Source: Phoronis australis
Taxonomy: Eukaryota > Animalia > Phoronida
Direction of reading: 5' to 3'
Assembly: GCA_002633005.1 (NCBI GenBank)
Contig: NMRA01000039.1
Span: 724,335 to 788,334 of the forward strand
DNA: 64,000 nt
In this document: one piece after another, positions 41,601-52,657 of the stretch
How the letters are laid out: each line of letters opens with the position of its first letter
Position numbering within the stretch: the stretch's first letter is position 1
The notes under the pieces: model-generated
What the model was told of the DNA's origin: nothing
The model's database searches: none
Seen by the model: only the letters and a program-made list of their open reading frames with translations
Position numbers and translations under genes: made by a program

Positions 41601-42970
41601 ATTTTAGAACGCAAATGGTACAAAACCGAAAGTCTCAAAGATCAGTCAATTACAGTGGAACCTAAAACCAGCCGATATTTTATTTGACCCCTGCACGGGA
41701 AATGTAGCTACCAGTCAAACATTTGGCGACGCAGGAACGTTTCGCCAGTGTTTGGGGTCTAACATATTGTGATTCCGTATGGTAGGTTGAAAAAGCTTAA
41801 CCTGACTGATCACAAGATTTGTGTTATATGACCCGGATAAGGATTTTCTCTGAACTGAGCACTTTCTTACTATTCGCAAGACTGCACTGTCATCAGGCTG
41901 CTGTAGCAGACCAAGAAGCTAGACGGAAAAACTGAAATTAACTCTGGTCAGTGACACCGTGTAACTGAAACTCATCACGCAGGAAACTGAGCTTGATTCT
42001 ACCTTTTACAAACGCACGTACATTTTGTGCTTTAACATACTTTGGTTAAATGTTTCTTGATGTTAAATCACTCGATAGGCTTTATTTTGGAGGCAGCCAA
42101 GAGCCCATTCATGAAGTATGAGGTCCCATTAACTATATTCCCTATGTTCTGTAAAATTACTTGTCTGTTGCATTTCTCCCTCGTTATGGATTCGCTGTGT
42201 AAGAGAACAGTTTCATGGATTATGAAAGGGTGACTTGTGCAAGTTTATTGGAGTGTGGTTTGGTAGATTATCAAACCATAACTTGTACAAGATTACTGAA
42301 GAGTACTTATGTGGTTTCAGAGATTAGGAAACTGTGACATGTCAACAGTTACTCAGAACATCATAGTTATGAAAATGTTAATTGAGTAGGGTGATTACAG
42401 AAGAGAATGATTCCTTGAATTTTGAAAACAAGACTTGTTCCGTTCAAGGGAAACGTGCTTCCGTAAATTATGAGATCACATGTGACATTTGTTAATAGTG
42501 ATGGTTGTGGTTTAAGGATATGGACTGTGTAACTGAGGGTACCACGGTAGTTGTACGCAGTTGTACATTGCTCTTGGACTGTGTTCATTATGCATGATGT
42601 TTACAGTTGGACGACATTTACTTGATGGGGGGGAGAGTGACAGGGCATGCCACTATTGCCCGTTGTGTTGCTTATAATTGCTACCTTTATTAGACGTTCA
42701 GTCGCTATTGTGAGATGGGCGACGGAAATGAGGCGGTGTGCTTCTTGGCTTGCAGGAAGTTTGCTGTTGAAATCACGCTTTTCTTTGAAACTGAGATGTT
42801 ATGACGAACCTGTGGAAGTGTTGTTGACCTGGAACTGAAATATATCCGTATCCTAGTGAGAACTGTAATGGTGTTCAACTGTTCACTCAACAGAGGCTCA
42901 TTTCGTACCGTACAATAGTCATCAAACGACCTGGCAACATTCTGGGAATTTTTAGACGCTTAAAAAATGG

Positions 42971-43110
42971 ATATAAAATAATAAAAAATAAAACGATGAG
43001 CGTCGGCACTAAAATACATTAAAATATTCCCCACGTTTCTAGCGAATGTTTTAATATATTTTAGTACCAACGCTCTTCATTTTATTTTCACTGTTTTTAC
43101 TGTTTTATAT
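42971..43110. repeat. ~140-bp imperfect palindrome (hairpin MITE or element end)
   Basis: gagcgtcggcactaaaatacattaaaatattc pairs with gaatgttttaatatattttagtaccaacgctc, extending out to atataaaa / ttttatat. Confidence 0.8.
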
Positions 43111-44003
43111 TCTTATCTGTCGGAAACTACACAGCATTCCAGCATCTATTTGATTTATTCAAAAATGGATCAATGTGAAAATTGCCTGAAACAGTCCCAA
43201 GAGGTATTTTTTCAGGCAAATTTGTTCTAGGGAATTTTCTTGCATTAGGGCACAACTTCGCTGGGATGCTGCATTTCACCAATTTTTGTGGTATTAATAT
43301 GGAGAAAAATGTATTCATGAGGAGACCTTTGTTTACTCAGTTGAAGTTCCAAGCCACACTAATGTTGACCAATGGCAGTATTGCAGCCTATGCTCTGACA
43401 CTTATTTATTCAATTAATGTTTTAGAATGAGATATTTATCTTGCACATGACATGTTCTATGTGCTCACACACATCAGGAAAACATTGCCTGAGCCAATGA
43501 CCAAGGCCCAAATAGTATATATGCAAGGGAGTGAGCTATGATGCACAGCTGCATAGTAACAACAGCAAGGACAACATTTACAAGACTGTTTACTATATTC
43601 AGATCAAACCATGGCAATGCACATCCAGTAAATGAACAGTATTGTTGTTCAGGATGAAAAAACAAAAAGAGTTTAAAATCCTTGTGAGTTGCAGCATATG
43701 AGCGGAGTTGGCTCTGAAGCCTGATCTGAATAAACAGTGAGTTGGGACTCACAGCTCACTGGTCTTGTGAATTTTGTCCTTGATGTTGTTACTATACAAC
43801 TATGCATCTAGCTCTCTCGTGTACATGTACACTGTTTGGACTTTATTCAATGTTTTCCTGACGATAGTGTGTGTGAGCACATCAGCCCATGTCGCAACAC
43901 AAATATCATGTTTTATACCACAATATTAGCGCCAAATGGCAGATACAACCTTGTAATAACCCATAAAGTTATCTCACTAGTGACATAACGATTTGGCGGG
44001 AAA

Positions 44004-44072
44004 GCGAGGACGGAGTCGAACCCGGGACCTTGAGTTTGCTAGTCGCCGACCTTAACCACTACACCACGCAGC
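44004..44072 (-). pseudogene. tRNA-derived sequence (pseudo-tRNA or SINE head; CT-AGC-AA loop suggests Ala-like origin)
   Basis: The minus strand reads GCTGCGTGGTGTAGTGGTTAAGGTCGGCGACTAGCAAACTCAAGGTCCCGGGTTCGACTCCGTCCTCGC. It has an A box TGGTGTAGTGG and a B box GGTTCGACTCC at tRNA spacing, but the acceptor, D and anticodon stems pair poorly. Confidence 0.7.
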
Positions 44073-44619
44073 GACTGATGTCATCAAGAGTGAAAATAGA
44101 ATACTTAAATGAGCACGCGCAATAATCGCACGTTCAACAAACCGCATTGTACTGTACTTATACGCTACGAAAAATAAGACACAAAATTTCCATAAAAATG
44201 ATATCTTAATTCAGTGAAATTTTTCTCTCATGTCCTCTTACTTGTAAATCACCGATCTCCAGTTTGAATGCGGGTATCGTGTCGTCAGGATCTTTGACTT
44301 GAGAATTATATTCAGTTACCAGTGGTAACCTACTTTAGCAGACGATAATTTCCTGGTAGAAGCTTAGCATGTAAAAAACGTGTTTTAAGCTATAATAGTT
44401 GCTTAACCTTAATTTAGAGATTCACTTCATTTCTATTTTGTTTAAATTTCCAATTGGTTTTGAGTATAAGCGTTATTTGACAAAAATAGCTCGGCTTTTC
44501 TTAAAAGGTCACTACCTCCGACCCCGGGCCTCTGACATAGAAAGTAGCTACAAAGCCGAGGCGAGTCGAGAAAGGTAGATCGATTCATTGCAGTGTTTCT
44601 CGTTTAGTATGTGGTATAA

Positions 44620-44783
44620 ATAGATTATTACATGTTCTCAGTTGTTATCCCCCTTATCTAAAGCCCTCGAGGATTTTGGAGAATTATCACCCTCGGGGCT
44701 AACGCCCCTCAGGCGATAATTCTCCAAAATCCACTCGGGCTCTAGATAACAGGGGATAACGACTTCGCCATGTAATAATCTAT
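44620..44783. mobile_element. ~165-bp palindromic non-autonomous element
   Basis: atagattattacatg..gttatcccc.ttatcta.agccc..ggattttggagaattatc.cct pairs with agg.gataattctccaaaatcc..gggct.tagataac.ggggataac..catgtaataatctat, with a central ggggc-taac-gcccc mini-hairpin. Confidence 0.88.
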
Positions 44784-44860
44784 ATTTATTTTTAAGCATT
44801 GTGACATATTTATGGCCACCGAGACCATAATTCCATTAACTGACATTCTTAGTCTCAAAA

Positions 44861-45211
44861 GTGCCATTCCCAAATATATTGAAATCCCAGAAATAATTCA
44901 GAAAAAATAAACGGGATTAATTCCACAAATGGTCGTGCCCTTGAAGAAGTCATGAATACTGGACAGTAATATCGCCCTTATAATGGCAGACCCAGACACT
45001 ACATAGTCAGTACAGTACTGTACAACACCTGCGCCAGCACCTGAGTGATTGTATGATACAGAGGACGCTCGGAATTTGAAATGAATCAACAAACCCCACC
45101 CTCCGAATTAATCCAGCGAAATGTGATGGAACCCAGAATCCCAACAAATTTGTAAAACTGCTTGAAAAATACACAGAATTATTTCCACCAATTTGTAAAT
45201 GGGAACGGCAC
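44861..45211. mobile_element. MITE with 12-bp TIRs (Harbinger-like)
   Basis: GTGCCATTCCCA / TGGGAACGGCAC (1 mismatch); homolog at 6797-7130. Confidence 0.7.
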
Positions 45212-45321
45212 TACTTTGACACATATACTGGCACTACTTTGACACATATACTGGCACTACTTTGACACATATACTGGCACTACTTTGACACATATACTGG
45301 CACTACTTTGACATATATACT
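45207..45321. repeat. 23-bp minisatellite, 5 copies
   Basis: Unit GGCACTACTTTGACACATATACT. Confidence 0.95.
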
Positions 45322-46107
45322 GAAGTGATTGAGAAATGCAGTTGTCAAACAATCAAACATTACTCCCTTCACTATTTTGTGCTTTTATTTCCCCATAATT
45401 TGAATTAGTGTGTATAACGGATACAAGAGGTCGCCTTTAATACATATTAGTTCATTTCATCTAGCAAGTCAGCAAGGAGCTCAATTTTTCTTTTTTCTGA
45501 ATGATACGTTCTTAAGTTCACATCCATGTAATAGCGGAAATACAAAGATTTTGTTACCTGTGTGTGGGATTTTTCTTACAACATCCATGGTTGATAAATG
45601 AATTAACTTTCCAGAAATTTCAGACTGGTATATCCATTTTGTGGACACATGTTCATATTTAGTCAGTTTCGCCTATTGGCAATGTTTCATTCTACCCATT
45701 GCAATTAAAAGGTATAAACTTGGCCTTGCTGGTAGCAAAAGTTGTGAGCCATTGTCTGTTTGCTTCTTGTTTGTAAATAAAACTTTAAAGTGATGATTCT
45801 TTTAAACCAGTTTATATCTGCCTCCAATTCGCCCAGATACTGGTAGAGATGGTCTGTTATGGAAGCATTTAATTTGATCCCCAGCTGCTACTAAACACAG
45901 TCCAAATATTGACACTATTCTTCCACAGACAAGTAGTTGATAATGACTACAGTTGAATGGTTAGTTACACTTTGTTCACAAATTGGCGAAAATGCTGGTA
46001 TTTTCGCTAACGTTTCCCTAGTGGCAAAAATGCCAGTATGGTGAACGGCTGCAAGTGTCATTTTTGCTGGTGCAGTGCTCACAGTTTGAATTTTTCTAAA
46101 GCTGTTG

Positions 46108-46212
46108 GCATTTTCACTAGCGTTTTCACTAGCATTTTCACTAGCATTTTCACTAGCATTTTCACTAGCATTTTCGCTGGCATTTCCCCCTGGCATTCTT
46201 GTTGGCATTTTG
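46108..46212. repeat. 12-bp tandem repeat, ~8 copies with degenerate ends
   Basis: Unit GCATTTTCACTA. Confidence 0.9.
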
Positions 46213-48434
46213 TTTTAAGCGAAAAGTCTGCCAATGAAACTGCTTGCATGCCAGTGGTGTGAACCTAAAGTTAGTGGGGTTGAAGTGATACCCTGCTGTG
46301 CCTTAGAAATAGCATCACAATAGCCATTTAGCAGGCAATAATGTAACCAGATGACAACTGCAGCCTCACCAGGAGCCCAAGGCTCTGGTGAGATTTGTGT
46401 GGTAATGTTGCACTGGAAAAGTATTATAGTACTATGCAAATCAATAGAAACAATAGCCATTCGAACATAACATAAGGCAGGACAATGACAGTGTTCAGTG
46501 CACAGATCACAATTACAGTAGACATGATTCAAATTGATCCAAAAGGAAAGGAACTTAATTGAAACTATTGAAAGTTGTATTCTAGTTACATTTCATGCAC
46601 AGATCATGTCAAGATTCAGAGACACTCAAGAGTTGTCAATATCGATACTTGATTTGCTTGACAAAGCGGTGAGGAGCGAGTACCCAATGAATATCTACTG
46701 GGAATCCTGCCAATCAAAAACTGAAGATCACGAAATCTTACCACTTCAATGGGGAGATACATCTTGGGCACGCTTGCTTCCAGCCATGACATTTGACAGC
46801 TCCCATTTGTAAATCATTTCAGAAAATTTTCAACATTCACCAATACAGTACACATGCGCATTAATGCGAACTAATTTTCGGTTGAACTGTTTCTGTTGTG
46901 TCGGATGGTCCTATTAATAAGTTAGCTTCACGAGAAAACTTGACATACCCTAACCGGCCAAGCATCCACCAGTCAAGTGATACCAAGACATGACTTTTCA
47001 TGCCATCTTATGGTCACGGTGAGAACATGAAGCTCTGAACACAGTACAACAGCTGATGGCTTGTAGTAACTGAAGAAGAGGATTTTAGTCAGAATAGAAC
47101 TTTTGTTTGTTATTGAGAAAATCACGAAGATATTGTAGGAGGCAACGGCGACTTCTAAAACTGAACCTGCCAATCAGACAACGCCAATCGGCTTAGTGGC
47201 GCGTGTGGCAGCTTAAAATACGTGACATTCGTAAGCAACTGCAATAATGAACTTAATAGGTGACGGCCAAACAAAGCTGAGTGAAGTTCCAAACTGATCC
47301 TGGTGTGCAAGATTTTACTTAAATTGCATACTTTTTGATGTAGGGCTGTAATGCAAAGAGATACAAAAAGTAAGTAAACTGCATGTCTTGTTATAACTAT
47401 TACAATTTTATTTTATTGTCCTTTAAAAGCAAATCGGTCTTCAGCTGGTGCACGAGTTTACCTGTTACCATAGCAACAGGACCATACACTGGATCTGTTA
47501 CACCCGTACAGTAGTGGTTTGGTCAACCAACCGCCTCCCCATCACCATTTAAATAACTTGAGTGTCATTTCTGACAATTTTCTTGCCTTTGGGAAATCAC
47601 AGATTCATCATTAAATGAACGCTAGGTGCAAATTTGGAAATCGACACAGGAATAGTTACCACAGGCACACTGAAATATGTGACGTGTGATTTACTGTGCT
47701 GGCGTGCACTGCATTCTTCTCAGCTGTCCCTCGTGATGACAGAGCATGTGCTTTCAAAGCACTCGGCCAAACCTAATCATTACATTTGTCAAGTTACTAC
47801 TATGAACTGATAAGAAGGATGCTGCAAGCTATTTCAACAACTTGTATGTTTTGTGATGACTGAAGTTGAGTTTCATCAACACCCAAGTGCACAGCAAATG
47901 TTCACACATTTTGAAAATGCATCTTTTTAATTTAAGACAAGCACAGCTCAAGTTATCAGTACAGAGATATAGACATCAGGGGGCCCGTTTCACTAAAAAG
48001 TCACGTGACATTATTGGTCAAGAGTCCTGTTGTATTAGCCAATGTTGCACTAATTGAGAAAGTCGGCCGTAACTTTACACCTATTTTAAACCTGCTGTAA
48101 GTCCAAGAAACAGTTGTAAATATGGCGGTGATGTTAAGCAATTTCAACACAGGCGAAGTCAAGACGTGGAATTTTTAGGGATCTTATTGATTTCAACACA
48201 TTAGGAGGACGTGATATTGTGATATCGTTGCGAGACACACAGACTTGACGGGCAGCCAATCGATTTTTATTGGATACGCACGAATGAAGGAGGACCTGAG
48301 AGAGCACTTTCAGAAATAATGATAACGGTGAACATCAGTATCACCGTCCAAGTTCATAGAACATGAAAGTAAAAAATTATACCAAACTGACTGTCCATGT
48401 AGTGCTGTGACAAGATTTCCTACAGTTACCCCTA

Positions 48435-48880
48435 GAGGCCCTGGTTTTCCACGATAATGGAAAATCGACGGAATTCATGGAATATGATTTCTTTTACAGA
48501 ATTAGTTATTTCGAATGGAACTTTCATATTTTGGTACACCAGATTCCGTAAATCAAATTTTTAGTTCTTAATGACTAAAAGTTAGGAATATATCTGTCAA
48601 ATTAAACATATTCTGCCCACAAATCGAATGGTCATTTTGAACCAGATGCATGTTCAAGCAGCTGTTCGTTTTTTCTGAAGACGGCGCTGTTATTTTTGCA
48701 GTTTTGAGAAACAGTAAACAGTGCGCAGCAGAGAGACAGGCAATTCCCAGATCATTTTTATGTCAATGATCATTTTGAAAAAATAAAACAGAATCGAATA
48801 GTTTACAAAACAGAAAAACAGAAAAGTGTTTGCTAAAATGGGTTTTGTTTTTTTTTTTGAAAACGGAAAACCAGGGTGTC
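48435..48880. mobile_element. 446-bp MITE with TA target duplication
   Basis: TA|GAGGCCCTGGTTTTCC ... GGAAAACCAGGGTGTC|TA; the 16-bp TIR has 2 mismatches. Confidence 0.8.
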
Positions 48881-49767
48881 TATACCCAAAGCCCTCTAAA
48901 AATCCAGCCACTGCATAATAGATGCGGAGACCCCTAAACTAATCAACTGGAAACCTAATCCGCTGCCAACAAGTCAAAGTCCTTCGATCCTCTATGTTGG
49001 TTGTTTTTGTAGAAAAACATGGCGAAAGTTATTTTCTCGAAATACTAGGTTTAAGGCTTTTGTAAATTAAGCATGAGTTATTTACCACAGTAAATTACCA
49101 GTGAAGATCACCATTGATCAAGACTCCCGAACAGTTAAGATAGATCACATGAATGATTGTAGTGACATACCACTTTCACCAGGGTTCTGGGGTTAAAAAG
49201 CAACTAATTCTATCAGGATGTGTGCAGAAGATGTAACTGAAACATTTTATTAATGTGCATGTTATTTGAAATGATAATAACCTCACTAGCCAGGCTGGTC
49301 GATTCCAATATGGAGGGTCAGCAGATTCACTTAATTCCTCCCTATACTGAGACTTACCCTAAAACAACTTGCACAATTCAGCCCTACCCCACGTGAAGCG
49401 TAGCATCCATACATATGTCCAATAACTAGCTTAAGGTGGAAGTTGCTGCTCTACCTACGCGTGATTTGAATTGATTCAAAAGAAAAGGACGCGAATACTG
49501 CGAAAGAAAACCCATATTATGTATGTAACTGTTTTAGCACGCAGCTGATAATTACTTTCAGCTTACCCCAGGTTGGCGGCCATGGAGCGATAAGAAGGGG
49601 CGCAAGTTACCCTAGAACAAATTACCCTACCTCGATAATGTGGAATAAGTTGTCATATGTGGTGTAAGTTCCACTGATTAAATTGCATCCTCACAGCCCC
49701 CATATAGCCTGGTGACAACTTGGTCTAAGAGTGTCTTGTTCCGTGTGTCCACAGTACTTTTAATATT

Positions 49768-50570
49768 AAACAAGAGCAACACGGAGCGTTGAAATGCACC
49801 CACGAATGCATTGCCAATGGTGTGTTTTTAGGGTTATTTATTGGTATCATAAAAATGGCCACTAGATGGCGCAAAATCATATAATCTATTCAAAAACAGG
49901 AACATGCCATATTTCATAAAAATCTGTCAAGGAACTTCAGAGAAACAAAGGATAACAGAATAAAATGAAATTGCCACAAGCGGGCACAGTGTCCGTTGGA
50001 TCCGCCTGAAAGTTGTTGTCGTCTGTTGTTATCTTCATATAAATACTTACCGGTATTAAATTTAGTAAAGATCCTGCAGTGGGTTTAGAAGATACAACAA
50101 TGGGCGCGAAACAAAACTACCACTAGGAGGCGCCACAGAAGTCAGTCACCATCATCAAAGGTCATCTTCACACTGAGAACACATATGCCAATTTTCAAAT
50201 GATTAGGTTGATACAGGGGTGGACACCAAAAACAAATTTGAAAACAGCAAAAAAAGGCCACTAGGTGGTGCCAAATACCTCAGTTCCATCCAAAAACAGG
50301 AAGACAGCGTCATCACACCAATAGATGCCTATATTTAAAATTTTATGAAAATCTGTTGAGGACCTTTGAAGATACCGAGTTAAACGTAAAAAACTAAAAT
50401 TGCCACTAGGGGGCACAGCAGTAGCCATATCTGTCCGAAAGTCGTTGTCATCCGTAGTCAACATCGTATAAATACACTTGCTAAATTAAGTAAAGATCCT
50501 GCGAACGGTTTAGGAGATACAGCCATAGGCGCAAAAAAACAAAACTGCCACTAGGAGGCGCCACGGCAGT
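49768..50570 (+). mobile_element. Repeat element with internal tandem subunits (~140-bp spacing, ~428-bp higher-order duplication), each bearing a CTCF-like motif
   Basis: It starts AAACAAGAG. 49960-50137 is duplicated at 50390-50565 (ttgccac..gggcacag..gaaagt.gttgtc..ataaatac..aaatt.agtaaagatcctgc..ggttta..gataca..ccactaggaggcgccac). Confidence 0.7.
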
Positions 50571-51754
50571 GAAGCAGCCTCAAGTTTTGGTCACAAAGTT
50601 ATGAAATGCCACTGAAATAACAATAGAGACTCAGAGTCTGTCTAGTCCTAACCCAGATTGAGACAACAAAGTGAGGTGTTATCTCACAAAACAACTTAAT
50701 TTCACAAACTGTCACAACAACATCTCAAGTGCAGAAATGTGTATCTGAGAATCTTGATTTTGATCATCTGTTTTTTCATGCATTTCTATTCAGCAAAAAG
50801 GGGAAATTCACCATAGACTGGATTGAGTTTCACAGTGACCCATGCAAATGCGCAGTGATTGTAATTGCCAACTTCACTAGTAGATGGCGCGCTTGCCACT
50901 CAAACTATGAAAATAAGGGCTGGCTGTTTAAATTCCACTTCTTGTCTTACACCCACTTTTCAACCTTTCATGACACCCCTTTCAACTTTAACACTTTCCA
51001 CAAAAATATCCCCAGACCCCATCAACGTCGCCAGCTTGTCACTGAGACCCCGTTTCCTGCTTTCATTTTGTTTCTAGGCATGTGGAGTCATGTAATAATA
51101 AAAATTAATGTCATATGACGGCGGATCCCACAGTAACGAGTTGACATCTGAAAACATCATTTACCTGGCTGTCTGTGATTAAACTAGTAACCTATTTTGT
51201 CCTAGGTAACTCTTTTCAAAAATCAACAATCAGCTACTATGCTTATAAATGATTGACAGGTGACAAAGCAAATACTTAAACTTCGAAGCTCCCATCAGTG
51301 TTCGTCATATAGAGATGAACACGATACACGCTGAGATATTTTTCTTTGAAAAACTAGTATCCAACCAGTCTCACAATTGCGATTTTATACATGCATGAGC
51401 TACAACAAAGACAAAACAAATGCATTAAAATTGTGAACACAAGCCAGAAATATTAGAGTAATTTGCAGTAAATGTCATATCCCTGACGCCTGAGACAGAT
51501 AGACAGATTATATTAGCAATGTCGCGATGGGAATCCGAACACAAATTTAGATGGCAAAATTTTCGTGTAACCACAAGCATGGCATACTAGAGCCTATTAC
51601 GTTCTGACTGCACGTAAGGGGCAGGCCCCTCAGGCCTACACAATTCGTTGTTTTGTCTCCCACAAGTCAGAGTGGGTTGTTAACTTGGATTTCATTAAAA
51701 CTTGATAATTTGGACAAGAAAGCTCTCCATTCGGGCAAGAGAAATATCTGTTAC

Positions 51755-51839
51755 ACTTACCTGGCAGGTATACTAACCTGGCAGGTATACTTACCTGGAA
51801 AGTAAATTTACCTGGCAGGTATAATTACCTGGCAGGTGA
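51755..51839. repeat. 17-bp tandem repeat x5, consensus ACTTACCTGGCAGGTAT
   Basis: Units: acttacctggcaggtat, actaacctggcaggtat, acttacctggaaagtaa, atttacctggcaggtat, aattacctggcaggtga. Confidence 0.92.
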
Positions 51840-52321
51840 CCAAACCAAGTAGTGCACAAAATGTTTTAATGAAGCATTTCTGGATTACACATAAAACAAA
51901 ATTTAATTCGTCTCCCCTAATTCATCTGACCGTAAATTACGAGTGGCACTCGATAAAATGAACATTTTATTTGCAATTTTACAGAACAAATTTTTCAAAT
52001 TAAATAAGCGAAACTTTTTAGCAACAGATATTTAAGCACGTCCCAGCTGACATTAGTGCAGGCCTCAACCCACCCATCACAATGGAGTGAGGATCAGGCA
52101 TAATTCACAAGGGAAGACAAATATATTAAGGATGGCTTTACAATCAGTAACCATCCCTGGTAACAGTTTACAGTTTGCGCTAATGCACCAATCACCTTGT
52201 GAAATAATGGTGCCAACTTGTTCCCTGCTCAAATATTAGAGGTAACATCTGGATTTAGAAAGAGGACAATTCGCTAACTGTTAAAGGTTTGGGAGTCGGG
52301 ACCAGGCTGTCATAGGGCATG

Positions 52322-52657
52322 GTATCAAACTGTCAGTTGTCATAGGGAATAGTCTCAGACAGTATCAAACTGTCAGTTGTCATAGGGAATAGTCTCAGAC
52401 AGTATCAAACTGTCAGTTGTCATAGGGAATAGTCTCAGACAGTATCAAACTGTCAGTTGTCATAGGGATGGTCTCAGACAGTATCAAACTGTCAGTTGTC
52501 ACAGGGCATGGTCTCAAACAATATCAAACTGTCAGTTGCCATAGGGCATGGTCTCAAACAGTATCAAACTGTCAGTTGTCAAAGGGCATGGTCTCAAACA
52601 GTTTGAAAATGTCAGTTGTCATAGGGCATGGTCTCAAATAGTATCAAACTGTCAGTT
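52322..52657. repeat. 40-bp minisatellite, ~8.5 copies
   Basis: Unit GTATCAAACTGTCAGTTGTCATAGGG(AATA/CATG)GTCTCA(G/A)ACA. Confidence 0.95.

Noticed and set aside
42367-42890. Exon-like CpG-rich segment on the minus strand (tttcag acceptor at ~42835)
   Set aside because: I saw no sustained open frame and no similarity to Elk exon 2; it may be decayed TE sequence but cannot be identified.
44004-44072. Functional tRNA-Ala gene
   Set aside because: The A and B boxes are present but the cloverleaf stems do not pair.
45915-46262. ORFs with NASE / SIFT repeats
   Set aside because: They are the product of the 12-bp tandem repeat.
51755-51839. U1 snRNA gene
   Set aside because: Only the 5' 12-16 nt match; no stem-loops I-IV or Sm site follow.
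52322-52657. CRISPR-like appearance of the 20-44-bp arrays (also 2022, 26770, 27941, 45207)
   Set aside because: The units are head-to-tail with no unique spacers, there are no cas genes, and the context is eukaryotic.
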